A stretch of DNA of 64,000 nt, taken from Paraspadella gotoi. Its lineage: Eukaryota; Animalia; Chaetognatha. Shown here piece after piece: positions 12,501 to 26,054 of the stretch. The DNA lies in NCBI GenBank assembly GCA_051294375.1, contig CM119264.1:7908579-7972578 (forward strand), in the 5' to 3' direction. The translations under genes and the position numbers were made by a program. A model generated the notes under the pieces. That model had not been told where the DNA came from. It saw only the letters and a program-made list of their open reading frames with translations, and searched no databases. Position 1 is the stretch's first letter, and every line of letters starts with the position of its first letter.

Positions 12501-15500
12501 ACTGAGTCGACAAATTGGCACGACGCCGGGTTCGCGACAAAGCCCAGCGCCGAAGCGACGCTGCCAACTCAAATCTCCGATGAAAACGGCGCAACTCCGC
12601 TAACTACGGCCTGGAATGAGACTGAAGGCATCCAGCCGATGCGAGCCAATTACAGTCCGGAAAGAGTGTGCGGGAGTATGAATCGCGTTAATCAAATGTT
12701 AAACGAAATAGAAAGAAAACGTGCGATCGAAAGAAAGCCTTCTCTCCCGGAACCGATCGTGGAAGTTGTTCCCGAAAGTCTCAGGTAGTTATCATAGTAA
12801 CTTCATAGTATATCCATTGTCTAAATTTTGTATCCAATCCTAAACTTCGACGATTCGTAATGTCAAATTGCGGTCCCCTTCCAGCCTAACAAACAATCAG
12901 TTGCTGCTTATCGATCTTCACGTGCTCGAAGTCGATGGAGAAGAACTCGAAGCGACCTTTGGTTTCTTCATCGGCCACTCCAACGGCTCCTCTCGGAGTA
13001 GGGTCTTGGTGGTCTCCGACAGAGGAATCTACAGCATCGTTAAGACAAAGGTAATTCACTTTTGTCTCGCTTCTCATCGATTTCAATAGTTATTAATTTT
13101 TATCTTTTTGACTTTACAGAAAAGCCAAGCCGTCGATCACGAGGAACTGGAATTCGAGAAAGAGTATGCCCTTCCATATTTCAGGCTAGATCGCGTCGAC
13201 ATGGGCCTTGGAATGCAGGTTGACGGTTTTAAATCTAGGTTGAATTCTAAAATTGCTTCGAATTGTTGTTAAAAATCTTATTACGGAACATATGTTTTTC
13301 CAATAGTACCTGACACTGTACCCCATGCCACCGGACGGCGCGTATCCCGCTGTTCTGAAGCCGCTGCACATCGCTACAGGAAATCAGGCAAAGTCTCATT
13401 CAATTCTTGACAAGATCAGCAGCCACGCCCCCTTTGCTGAAATATGCGCGGATATTAACAAACAGAAGGTAATTTTGTTTAAGCTTTTAGATTGGATAAT
13501 TATTTAATATTCATTATACAAACTATGCCCAAAATTTGACATTCGCTGTTCAAGAATTATACAGTCGGTGATAATTTTTTTAGATTTTTACTTGCAATGT
13601 AAAAAATATTATTATGCAAAAAGGAAAAACGTGAAAGAATATAAAAACGTCATCGAAAACTAACCTTAATAACTCCTTACTACCCTTAACGCTTACCACC
13701 ACAAACCTTAACCCCCTCTCAATCCTAACTACCTTTAACTTTACCCACCCTTAATCTTGACCACCCCTAACACAAACCACCCTTAACCCTAACCAACTTT
13801 AACCATCTCTAACTACCCTTAAACGCCAATAATCTTTAATTTAATTGAAATTTTAAGAAAAAGTAATGATATATGCAGATAGAAAAATAACCAACTGGGT
13901 AGATTCCAGTCGTCGAAAGTAAAATTATGCCAAATTATGATTATTAGAAGCCACAAAAGTTCGCCCTTTCCTACTTGGTGTTTGGATTCTTGATCTTCAT
14001 TCAGGCTTCGCTTCGACGAGCTGCGTGCAACGAACTCTCCAAGTCTTCAAACTCCTTCACCACCGTCGACTCTTCCTTGCTCTTTTACGCCCTCACTTTT
14101 TTCGACGACGGGCAGATGGCGGAGTCGCCGTCCGTTCGCAAGAGTAGCAAATTACCATCCGCTGGCTCGATTAAAAAGTCGCCGTACGCCGGTCGTGGGA
14201 AGTCTCCCTCTTCCACTTCCTCTTCCTCTTCCGAAGCTTCGAAAGAGGAAGCGACGATGGACGGAATTATGGCGATGAAACCCAACGCAGGTCCGTTTAT
14301 CATTGCTTATGATTTTCAATTTTTCAATCTAATATTAAATAATATTAACTTAATTATTTTTTTTTAATCTCAGGATACATTCCCCCAGCGGTGACGGCGG
14401 CCATGTCTACGATTAAAAACACTCTGGCCTCCGTCTCCTCAGTGGCCTTTCAGCTTCCCACACCCCCGCCCACTTCATCGAATGGCGCATCGAGCTGGCC
14501 GAGAAGTTACTTCGTGTTAAAAAATGGAAATCTCTTGTCTCTTGCTGCTGGAGAAAAGGAATTCGGTCCTGTTTTGCTTTTGAGGTCAGAGAAAGAGTGA
14601 TTATGATAAAAATACTAGCGAAAAAGGTTTGAATTTTTATTAGATAAATTTATATATACTATGTAATTTACTGGAGAACATTTTATTTAAAGTGATGTCG
14701 ATTCCGTGCAAAATTCTGAAGACGGCGACTACAGTTTTACGATTTTTCTTAAAGATGGCAGCAGTTTGGTTTTTCGAACGGAAACCAATGTCGAGATGCA
14801 GCGCTGGATTAACGTTTTTCGTTCAAATCTGGTATATAACTATAATACAACTATTAATAGCAACGTACTGGGTAAAATATAAATTGATAATTAACGTGAA
14901 CCACCCTCTACCGAAGTTTTTTGACACTAGGCACGTTTATTTATTACTATCTTTGCCAAACACATTTTTCAGACGTATTAATTTGTATATGGTTGATTAA
15001 GTTTTTAATTTTTTTACGCTTAAAAACAGGAAAAACCTTTGGACTTTAACGTTGACGCTCTTTCGACCTTCACGTCCGGTTCCGTGGTTTTGACACCGCA
15101 AGGCCTTATTTTTTGTCACCAAGGTAACGGTTACATTTACTTATTAACGAGGCCCTTCATTTCCTGGAGTTGTTTTTCCCACAGATTTGGACTCTGATTT
15201 TGTTCGCCCCTTGCTTTCTGTGCCTCTCACTGAAGTTCTCGCGCTGTCAATCGATACAGAGTCAGACTTCTTCTGCTGTTTGGTAATTTATTTATGGAAC
15301 CATGCTAGTTAAAAAGATTTATTGCGAACTCCTCGGCTTTTCCATAATGATTTCTTTCTTTCTTTCTTTTTTTTTTTTTTTGAAAGACCTTGGACGACAA
15401 ATCAAGCGAGTTCAAAGAAACTGATCCTAAAAGTCGGTGCATATTCTTTTTGGCCGAAAAGGAACGACAGCTTTTCGTTGACGCCCTTTGTTCTGCTTGG

Positions 15501-15691
15501 GCTAAGGTTTTTCAGGTGAATATTTTCTCCTTAATAATAACATTTACATTTTAATTGTATGATGGTTTATATCATTTTTATGCCAGGTCCCAATGCCTGT
15601 TGAGGTGATGGAGGATTTGGACGTGCTGCATGAACTCCGAACATTCAGCTTGAAATACACAAAATTGCTGCAGAACTCTTTTTCGTCATGA
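9580..15691 (+). CDS. PLEKHM2: PLEKHM2/SKIP: RUN domain, long acidic linker, C-terminal PH region
   Basis: Exons 9580-9657, 9836-10079, 10421-10554, 10631-10724, 10784-10872, 10965-12784, 12885-13050, 13120-13218, 13307-13468, 14005-14290, 14374-14584, 14693-14831, 15030-15123, 15185-15281, 15387-15515, 15587-15691. RUN domain KEDLLQRIGNALKE...LCHGL...GRAWLLLALNEFSLESYFRFL...LLAGLEYVQF...DLPFLD resembles SKIP. PH-like WPRSYFVLKNG...EMQRWINVF. AATAAA at about 15730. Confidence 0.9.
13660..13830. repeat. Degenerate CCCTAA/CCTTAA telomere-like tract in a PLEKHM2 intron
   Basis: G-poor run of ccttaac/ccctaac variants, for example CCTTAACCCTAACC at about 13781-13794. Confidence 0.55.
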
Positions 15692-16539
15692 TCCCCCGTG
15701 CCAATTTTTTTATTGCCTTGGTATTGTTTAATAAAACTTTGTTTTTAGCGTTGAATTTTTTTACTTCGAAACATGTAAACTTTTAGATGTTTTTAATGAT
15801 TTTTCTATGAATTTCTTGTCATTGTTATAAGCTGCCTCGTCTTAGACAATAGGAGTCGCTTTATGTCGCAGTGTTAAAGAATTGTCTCATTCCAAACAAA
15901 TGTCCTCGATTTCGAATTTCGAAAATGTTTTTATTACGACTGTGTTGAAATAAAATTTCTTTGTATTTTTTTCGTATCTCCGTTACAGATATTAAATTTT
16001 ATATAAGAACTTTGTTCCGATCAATTTGTCTTAATTTGAATTTTAGTAAGCCTGAGTTCATCATTAGCGGCTTTAGTTTGTCGCCCCATAGAAGTTTAAA
16101 TAGTTATGCTATATCAAAGACATTCCCCACCTGTAGTAGCTAAACAAGTAATGATTGTCGGCAGTCATTCCTGCAGGTCTGAACCGAGTTTTCAGGTGGT
16201 GGTAATTTGTCCCTCCTGTGGTATTAGGCTCAATTACGTTATAATGAAATAAGGAAGGGGATCATTCGACAATCTATAGTATCTATCTAGTATCTATAGT
16301 ATAAGCATATAAATATGATTCGCTTTTAAAGTTATCCTTAGTCTTCGTGAATGAAAAGTTTTGTTGTCGCCCCTACCCGAAAGCAAAACGTCTTCCTTAC
16401 AAGATTTAAAACGCTCAATTTATGCAGATTTTTTCCCGTCTTTCACCTGGTTTTTTATCACGGTCTTTCACCGCGTTTCACGTCCTTTCTTCCAAGGTGG
16501 TTCCAACCATCAATTAGCCATTTCGAGAATCCCCGCTCT

Positions 16540-16660
16540 CGCCTCGCCGCGAAGGACGTCGGATTTGCCATTGGTCGAGCCGCGGAAAGGCGTCCACCGA
16601 TTGGCCGGAAACTCGTCTCGTCCTCATTAGCGGGATCAGTTGCGTCCGGAGCCAAGAGGA
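16540..16660. promoter_or_regulatory. Promoter-like CpG patch
   Basis: Two ATTGG (CCAAT) boxes at about 16570 and 16600, 30 bp apart, with an adjacent CCGGAA (ETS-like) site. Confidence 0.35.
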
Positions 16661-19221
16661 AATTAGAGTATATGCCATCCTAATTAAAACTCGTTATTGA
16701 TGATATTTGTAGAGGATTAATTCTTCCTAATGAAGCGCTTAATCAGGGACGAGGCGCAGGAGCGAAGCTTTCCGTTTTTTAGCTTCCCTTTTTCTCGCTC
16801 ATCCTTACGACCGTTTTTTTCTTCTTTTTTTAAAGTTTTTATTTCTTTTCTGCGCGAGGGAATCTGTTTCGTCTTAGGATTCGACAACATCTGTTTCATG
16901 TCGGACCATTAATTATTTTAATTATTCAACGTTCAATATTAACGAACAAGTTATTGTAAAATGTTGATAATTCAAGTTACTGAATTCTGTGAACAATGAA
17001 CGAAATTAACTTCACCATCAACGAGAGCCTGCTAAGATAAATTTAAATTAGATCAATTTAATATTTAAGGATAAATTGCCACAGAATTTCCGCAAAATAA
17101 TTAGTGGTTGAACTCGAAGAGTCGGTGTTTTGACGTCGAATCTTCGTTCATATTTCATCGGGTTTGTTTTGATTGTCATGATTCTTTTTCTCGTCGCGTC
17201 TCTCATCCCTCGGTCCCGCGTCATCGCTAATCATGAGTTACGGCTTCGGCGTCGCTGGGACGACGACGTCGCCGCAGCCACCATCACCGCCACCATCCTT
17301 CATTCCCCGGAACTTACGATGCGATAAGATTATCCTTCGCGTTTAGCCTCAGGCTTTTTGGTACGTATAATTCTTATCTTATCCTCTTCTCGTAGTTTGC
17401 CTCCTTGCTCTTTTCGTCTGATTACATTTTTATTTATTTTAATTCACTATTCGATAAAGAATAATATTAATGTTACTTATTATTGACATACCATTTCTAT
17501 TTTTTAAATACCAGCATCACAAACTGGAAATAATTTCTCGAAAACTCCGAAATTTGCTTTGCTCCGACTCTTCGCGCTGCATGTTAAACAAATGCGGAAT
17601 TTTTCTCACATCTCTTGTAGGTTGTAACCCAATTTTCCTCTCTTTTACTATTTCTTCCCGGCTACCACCCTCTGCTACATCGATAATTCCTTCCCTCTTT
17701 TCAATCCTCTTTCACAGTCACCCACGTCACTCCTCACTCCTCACTCTTCCAAAGGGAAGCGCTCCTGCGTGAAGCGTGACCTCCGAGGAAGAACTAAACC
17801 GCGTTTCAACGAGACTCCATAAAAAACATTTCATTTCGAATCCATGAGCGAAAGGGGAAAGGAGGGGCCACGAAGAGGAGGCGAGGGGAAGATGATAGCG
17901 AAGGATATGACTTGAAACCCAGCGTGTTAATTGATATAAAGAATTGTTATTGTTATAGGGGAATAGTTATATAGGAAAAGGTGGAACAAATCTATTGGAT
18001 GAAGAGATGCGGCTATGGAAAAGGAATAAATAAGAATAAGAAAGGACAAAATGATTGGAAAAGACTGTGTAGACAGCGAATAGCAAAGGAAAGAAATGTT
18101 TGTTTCCCTTTTTCTTTTCTCTTTCCTTTTTTTCTCTTCCTTTTTTGTTCTCTCATATTATTCGTTTTGTCTCTCCTCGCCTGCTGCCCCCTCTTCCTCA
18201 GTCGAGCAAAACCTCACCTCCTAAATTTGGAATTCGAGAGATTTTTACGACGACGACAACGACGACGACTTTAACAACAACAACGACACCCGAAAAGATA
18301 AAAGGATGAAGCGCAAATCACGGGGCGGTCGTTTTGGAAAAAGAGGGGGGGGGAGTTTCCTTTGAAGCGACGCCTCTGACTTGAATCGAAGAGGACGCAT
18401 TACCATTCGGCGTCGATTCGGCGTGGAATGGCATCTTGGTGCCATTTCAGCGTCGTTTTTGTGCCACTTTGGTTCTAAACTCACCGCTTAAAGCTTAAAG
18501 AATTCGTTTTGACATCTCATCTCATAACGCAAAACCTTCTCTATTGGTCATTGCGTCATTGCACTGATATTCAGAGATTCTATTAGCCATTTGGTTCCTT
18601 TAAGTCATAGGAACAGAAACTCACGTGATTTTGAGTTTGGCAACTTGATCTTCGATGTTCACCACAAATTTTATTCGCAATGTATAATATCTTCTTCAAT
18701 TTCTGTTAAATATCAAAAATCTCATGAAAAAATCTCAGGAAATTGAAACCAAAAATCGAAAATAATAGTCGTGGCATTATAATTTGTCATAATTTGACAA
18801 TTATGACAATTATGACATTCATTGTGACAACAGATACTTTTTCTAAACGGGCGGTTTGGTCTCAGTTAGCTATTAAACAGAAATTGATGATCAATTTGAT
18901 TTATAAATCTCTTTCCGACTTTCGCTCTTCTTTCTCCGATCCTCTCATTCTCTCTCCAGTATTTCACGAGCTCCGTTTATCGAAATGAATGGAAGAAGGC
19001 GGCCGCCGTAATGTCCATAATTTGTGGAGTAAATACGACGCTGAAATAAAGAAAGACCGACAGAGCGAGAAGAAGAGGAAGAGGAAATAAAAGGAAGAAG
19101 AAAAAGAGTTTTTTTTTTTTTTGTTTCTGCGGTTGAGTTTGAATTATTCCGCGGTTAAATCATCACCAGAAAGAGAGGGAGGGGTAAGAAAAAACGGAAG
19201 AATGATAATATTCATTTTGTT

Positions 19222-19295
<74 letters not shown>

Positions 19296-19625
19296 TTTGT
19301 CTTGCTGTCAGCGACTAGGAGCTGGCGTCTTAATTAGTTCATGAGTTAATTTTGTTGCGAAAACCAACGACCTAAAACAAGCGATGTCGTCGTCGTTGTC
19401 GTCGTCGTCGTCGTCGTTTTCTTCAACCCGTTTACTCGATACTTACTGAGATAATTAGGGAAAAATGAAACAAAACACTGAACTGTTCTGTGGGGGCAGG
19501 GGAGGCAGAGCGAGAAAAACAAAAAGAAAAAGCGAGAGAGAGAGAGAGATAGAGACTGTGGCATAAGCACGGCTGGGTTTCAGGCAAAGCGAAGGAGAGC
19601 GAGAGAGAAAAAAGGGGGAAGAGCC

Positions 19626-19705
<80 letters not shown>

Positions 19706-20104
19706 AGGGGAGGAAAGAGCTAATTAGAAATGCTCTGTAATGAGTTATGAAAGTTTTAAAGATGGTAGGAAAAGATAAATCCTCGAGTGGAGAAGAGAGA
19801 GTGAAGAGAAATGGAGTGACGGAAAGCCCTAATGGTTTTCGACCCCGCTTTGCTTTTTCTTTTCTTTTCTTTTCTTTATTTTGATTCCTTCCTTTTTTTT
19901 TCTTACTGTTTCGTTATCTTACTACTCAATATGTACCAACCCTCTCTCCCCCATTCAACTTTCTCCCAAATCCCTCATCCACTTTTTTCACCCGGAAAAA
20001 CTTTGCCCCTCTCACAGTTTTGTATTTGCCAAACCTGTTTTTGAAGCATCCGTACAGGTGTCGTCTTTTCCCTGACTGATTCCATTTCTAATTAGCCTGC
20101 CAAA

Positions 20105-20177
<73 letters not shown>

Positions 20178-20628
20178 GACAATTATAAAATCATTTTCAT
20201 TTCTGTTGCGTTGTTTCCTTTTCATTAGTCATATTCGAATATACATTATGTAACGACTACGGAATAGTAATGTTCGTTACGAAAATAGGTTCTGTCATTT
20301 TTGCATCGAAGCGGCGCAGCTGATTTTTTTTCTTTCCTTTTTAAAAAAAAAACAAAAATATAAATCTGAAAACTTTTTTAAAATCTCGAAATTTAAGCTC
20401 CAACTTTAGGGAAAAAACATTACACAAATGAGAAGTTTCATTAAGCTCCATGGTTTTTTAATTTATTTGAAAAATAGTAGGGAGCTCAAAAAAAGAAAAA
20501 GAAAAAGGCGGCCTTTTTTTTTTAAATTTAAGCTCCTTCTTAAAGAGAAAGATGTATTGAAATGTGTTGTAATTAATTAGTCCCATCAACTTAACGATTT
20601 TCTTCGACATTTTTTCTTCTTTCTCTCT

Positions 20629-20707
<79 letters not shown>

Positions 20708-22204
20708 GTCTCTCTCTCGCTCTACCTTCTCTTTTCCGTAAGATTTTGCGAAATTAAACTCATTTTCATTAAAAAAGCGGAAGACGCACCTGAACCGAGA
20801 GGCGCGAATCGGGAGAGAGGTGATGGGCGATGTTGGTTGGAGTCGCGGGGTGTTGGCTGGAATCGCAGGGTGTTGGTTGCTCACTTGGAGTGCTCGTTGG
20901 ATGTGCCAGGAGAAAGTTGGATTTCTCGAGTGTTGTTTGGATATGCCGGGTGGTGCTGACCGTAGTCGCTTGATGCTAGTTGCACACATTATGTTTGACT
21001 CATACATTCTTCAATGAAGAATCTTCATAAAATTGGCATTAAATATTTTGATAAATTGAAAAAAAAAAAAAGACTTATACTTCTTTTATTTTCGTACACA
21101 TTTCGAAATATGTATTACATATGACATAATTTGCACTTTGTTGAGGCTTGTTGAATGAGGATGATTTAGCCTGCAAAATTAACTCCTAAATTCCAATGAG
21201 CTGAGGTTTAACCATTTAACCAACTCGGATTTTTCGAAAATTCTTCGTAAATGAAAGTCCGAAGACGAAGGCGACCGAATTTCAAATTCGAAAAGAATCA
21301 GTAATTTAAAAATAAAGAGAAAAAACTAAAAAGCAACCGAAAAATTGACTAAAATAAAAGAACTAAATTTTTAGAGAAAAGAACTAAATTTCCAAAAAAA
21401 AAAAGAAAGAATTTAAAACGGAGACCAAATTGAAAAAAAAAAGAGGGCGCGTTTAAAATTTAAAATCGAGGATGAGGAACAAAAGATCAGCTGCCGTCGA
21501 TTTGGTTCGCGCCTTTTCGACTTTCAAGGATCTCATCCGATCGACGGGGGAGTTGGAGGGAGGAGGGGGGTGCAGGGAGCGGAGGGTAATCAGAAAGGAA
21601 AAAGGAGTCAATCAAAGCCGGGTGTATGTGGGTTTACAAATTTTAAATTGTATAAACTTCTTTGATGCGTACCGAGTCCCTGTCATTTTTTCCTTCGCCG
21701 ATCTCGGCCTCTGAATCCTCCCCAGTCTCAGTCTTTTTGGCCTCCCCTCTGTTAGCCTTTCTGTCCTCTCCTTTCTAACTGGCCTTTCTGTCCTCCACGG
21801 TCTCAGACGGGATCTTAACTCTCGGCTCCGAATCAAAATCCTCGAGACGCGAGACGCGACACCAACACCGCCTGCCGACGCCGCCTGCCGACGCCGCCTG
21901 CCGAACGGTGGGTGCGGTTTGTTATGACAAAATCCGAGAAGAGGTGAGGGTATGGGGAGATAAATGTTATTTTCGGTGGTTCAAATTACAGGCAGCTGGC
22001 TATTTGACAAATCAGCCAATTGAGCTTTTAATCAAGGTTTTTTGTCGATGAAAAGCTTGATAAAAATAAATAATTCGTTCAACAACAAAAAACACGAAAA
22101 AAAAAAGGACAACAAGAGACAGAAAATCCGTGAGGAGTCGATGAAAGATGAAAGTTGTAGATGTTGACGTTGGCACCGGAATCGCGTCCCTTCGCGCCTC
22201 ACGC

Positions 22205-22314
<110 letters not shown>

Positions 22315-22904
22315 GACTCCGAGCCAAAGAAGAACCGAGAGATTTTTCACGGGCGTCTGCTTCGGAAACGCGTGCCATGGTGAATGGGGAGAAGGAGAAG
22401 GGGGATGAAGACAAAGGGGGAAGGATGAGAGGTGGGAGGGAGTAAGAGTGGAGCCTAGGAGGGGGGGGAAGTTGAGACAGAAGAGAAAATAGGTTTGAAG
22501 GTTTCAGCTGAAGTGCGGAATATACGAAAATTCACTTAGAAATAGAATACAATATGGACTACGTAAAAATACTTTCTTTTTAAAATGAAAAGCTTCGATT
22601 GCTGTGGTCAGCCTAAAAAGTTTTTTTTTTGGTATGAATAGCTGGGTTATTTTAGCATCTTGTTTATTTACAGTTCACAACACAGTTTTCATTGACAACG
22701 AATGGTAAAGGGAGCGACGTCTGGACTGACAACCACAGGCGTCCGCGTTTAGTCGTCGATGCCAAATCCACTTCCGGTTGGCGCGCCAAAAACACGTCAC
22801 GGCGACGACGAGGACGACAACAACAACGACGAAGACGAAATCGTCACCGAGCCAAAGAATAAAAAAAGAGAAGCCAAAGATAAATTTATGTACAAAAAGA
22901 AAGA

Positions 22905-22912
22905 ATGAAGGA

Positions 22913-23003
<91 letters not shown>

Positions 23004-23030
23004 CAAGCAAGCAAGCAAGCAAGCAAGCAA
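22905..23030. repeat. (GAAA)n/(GCAA)n compound microsatellite
   Basis: Directly visible. Confidence 0.95.
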
Positions 23031-23452
23031 AAAAGAAGAAAAGAAAGAAAGTAAGTTGGAAGTCGAACCGCAGCCTAAAGATGGACAATCAGCCTTTCGT
23101 CGATATAAATTTAGAAAAAAAAAAAAAAAGAAATAAGAAAACAAGACGATATAGAGAAAACGAAGAAGACGACGCCGACGGGCAGAACAATGACCTCATC
23201 GACGATCCCGTTGTCGTTGACGACCATAATGACGACCATAATGACGACCACGGAGGGGAATCAGAGAGAAATCGAAAAATAACCGTCGACGAAAAGTTAA
23301 TCGGACGATTTCATCGGAATTAACGACGCCGCCCGATCAATAATAAGTCAATGACGGCGCTGGTGACGCCGAAGACGCCGCGCGCTGCCAAGACTTTCGT
23401 AAATATCATATAAGATTACTGTTGGAAGATTACCGAAGAGCATCGCGCCGCC

Positions 23453-23496
<44 letters not shown>

Positions 23497-25237
23497 GGCT
23501 GCAACCGCTGATTCGTCGCTAACTGTAATCATCTGATGAGGAAAAGGTGAACTCGGCAGAGAAGGTAATGTCAGGTAAGTTTGGAGGATGCGACGTTGGA
23601 AAACGGCAATTGTCAACGACGACGACAATGACGATGAAGATGTCGACGACGACGACAACGACGACGACGACTTCTTGGGCTCGAAAACGGCGAGAAATGA
23701 TCATGTCCACGACACTACGGTGACAAAGTCGTCGATGACCAAACACAGTGAAAAACGAAGAAGATGACAAAGATGACTACTCTACTGTATTTAGAAGCTA
23801 CCAACTTTGAAAAAAGAAAACACATACAGTTACAGAAACAACAACCAAACATCGTAGCCAAAGACGACGAAGGCAACGACGACGAAAAGTCCACCTCTTT
23901 TTTTCCACACGGTTTTGACCAAATAAACAGTGGCAGGTTCCAATTTTCTTTTTTTTTTTCTGCGCAAATGACGAGGCATATTTTTTCGGCTAAATTTTGG
24001 TGTTCCTTTTTTCTCCTTAAGTCGCATTTCGAGATGCGTCCACTCATCTTTGTAAGAAAGTTAATGGTCGGTCGGTCGGTGGCGGAGTCGGTTGGATGGT
24101 GCTCATTAGTGGATTTATTAGTCTGTTGTCAAGACTGTCAAATCTTATATACAGTAGTTTAATCTTAACTCAAATTTTTAGTTGAATGATAAAAAGGATA
24201 GAGATAGATATAGAATTTATCGATAGATATATAGATATATACATAGATAAATAGATATTTAGTCTTATAGATAGATATAGATAGATAGATGTATATATAG
24301 ATATCGCGTAGGTAAATAAAAATTAAAAAGCATATTTTCTTTCATAGTTTACGATAAATAGAATTAGTAATAGTTACTCCATCGCTGGACTTTGGCGGAG
24401 ATTTTATGCTTTGGCGACGAACTACTACTTTTCTCACCGAGACACGAATCGAAATTCGGCGGCGGCTTAAGAAAAAAATTAATAATGCGGATTTTAAAAA
24501 ATGCTAATGGAGAGATTTAGTTAAAATTAACCGCCCTTTCCAGAAGCGTATTACATACGAGCTCATAATTGTTAGAATTTATCATTTAAATAAGTTTTAC
24601 GCACTTATTATTCAACCATCTGTAAGTTATGCACCTTAAATTCTTGGAATTTCTAGTCTTCTACAAGTAAATTCTTTCACTGTTAAAAACAATTTGCGTC
24701 GGTATCGTCATGTAAAATAAACAAAGGAACAACGGAGGGAAAAAATCGTTTTGTTTTGACTTTTGTTTTTATTTCAAACAACCGAAAAGTTTTTTCGTCG
24801 CTCGTCACGTTCCTTTTATTTTTCGCGGCCAAATATTTTTGTTGTTGTTTAAAATTTCAAGTTAATTTTTATCAAGGGAATGAAATTTGACTTTTCACAA
24901 ATCGACTCCAGTTGGGTTCATTTGTTTTTTTCTCTCGATCATTTTTGTCGGAAGATAATATTCAAGATCGAATTGGAGCGAAAAATAAAATCCACGAATT
25001 TCTTCCATCGGTCGTTTCTCGCTTTTTTTAAAATTATTTTCTTTTCAGTTACTAATTGCCATATTAGTCGAAATTAATATCAATAAAACTCGCCCCGCTT
25101 TATTACATTTCTTTAATTACATATTAATTAATATTCGATAAAATATCGATTTGAATCAGGTTTCCCCTTTTTCTTTTCTCATCGTTCGGCCAAAGTAAAA
25201 AGAGAAAAAAAAAAACCGCCGCCAAACGACAACAAGG

Positions 25238-26054
25238 ATGACGCGATTCTTCCGCTTGTCTTTGACTCTCCTCGTCGCGGCGGCGACCCTAGCGCCGCGC
25301 CGCCGCGGCTCTGCGCTGCTTCTCCGCCGAGACCCACGCGGGCGCCGCCGCCGCCGCTTCCTCCACGGGTCCGGCCAAGGATGCTCTTCACCATGAGCCG
25401 CACTCGGCCGCCTCGGACGACCACGGCCACGACCACAGCGGACACAGTCACGACGACCACAAACACGGCGCCCACGACGACCACTACCACCACCACCACG
25501 ACGCCGCGGGTCACCACCACGAGGAAAACGTCTGCCCCGCCGACCAGAACCTCTGCTCCTACGCGATCACTGGAGCCGGTGTCAAGGAGCCGAAAGGATG
25601 CGCCAAGGCGGCGGGGAAGAGAGGAAACGTGAGCCAAAATAGTTACTTATTAAATTATTCTTGTTAATATCTTCTGTTATTAAATGTTAATGTTATTTTA
25701 GCTAATTAAGTGAGTAATTAATTGATTGGCTGAGTGTTGGATTAATCGATTGATTTATTTTTATTTATGTACTTTAAAGTGGTTGAATAATTGATTATTG
25801 GATTATTAAATGGCTTATTGTATCATGAATTAACTTATTCAATAATCATTAATTCATTTATTAATTCATTAATTCATTTATTCATTCATTCATCGATTCT
25901 CTTTTATCAGGGCTTCTGCGAGTCTCGTCACGGAGAGCGCCTCTGTTACTGCGATTCCGAATTTTGCAACGCGGCGCCGTCGTCGTCGTCGTTTCCGTCC
26001 GTCGTCGCATTGGGCGTCGCCGTCTTCGTCGCCGTCGCCGCCACCATCTCCTGA
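25238..26054 (+). CDS. Secreted GPI-anchored three-finger (Ly6/uPAR, quiver-like) protein with His/Asp-rich loop; one frameshift near 25297
   Basis: Signal peptide MTRFFRLSLTLLVAAATLAP from ATG 25238. After a +1 shift: AAAALRCFSAETH...HHEPHSAASDDHGHDHSGHSHDDHKHGAHDDHYHHHHDAAGHHHEENVCPADQNLCSYAITGAGVKEPKGCAKAAGKRGN; intron 25629-25910; then GFCESRHGERLCYCDSEFCNAAPSSSSFPSVVALGVAVFVAVAATIS*. Has an LxC start, CxCxxxxCN end, 8 Cys and a hydrophobic GPI-type tail. Confidence 0.82.

Noticed and set aside
21125-21155. miR-92-like seed (TTGCAC)
   Set aside because: Poor match beyond the seed and no convincing precursor hairpin.
23533-23560. CTGATGAG...GAAA as a hammerhead core
   Set aside because: No stem II between the motifs and no stems I or III.
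25381-25632. Thr-rich mucin-like ORF from the ORF track
   Set aside because: It is an alternative frame of the His-rich exon. Only the His frame supplies the Cys pattern and splices in phase to the CYCDSEFCN exon.
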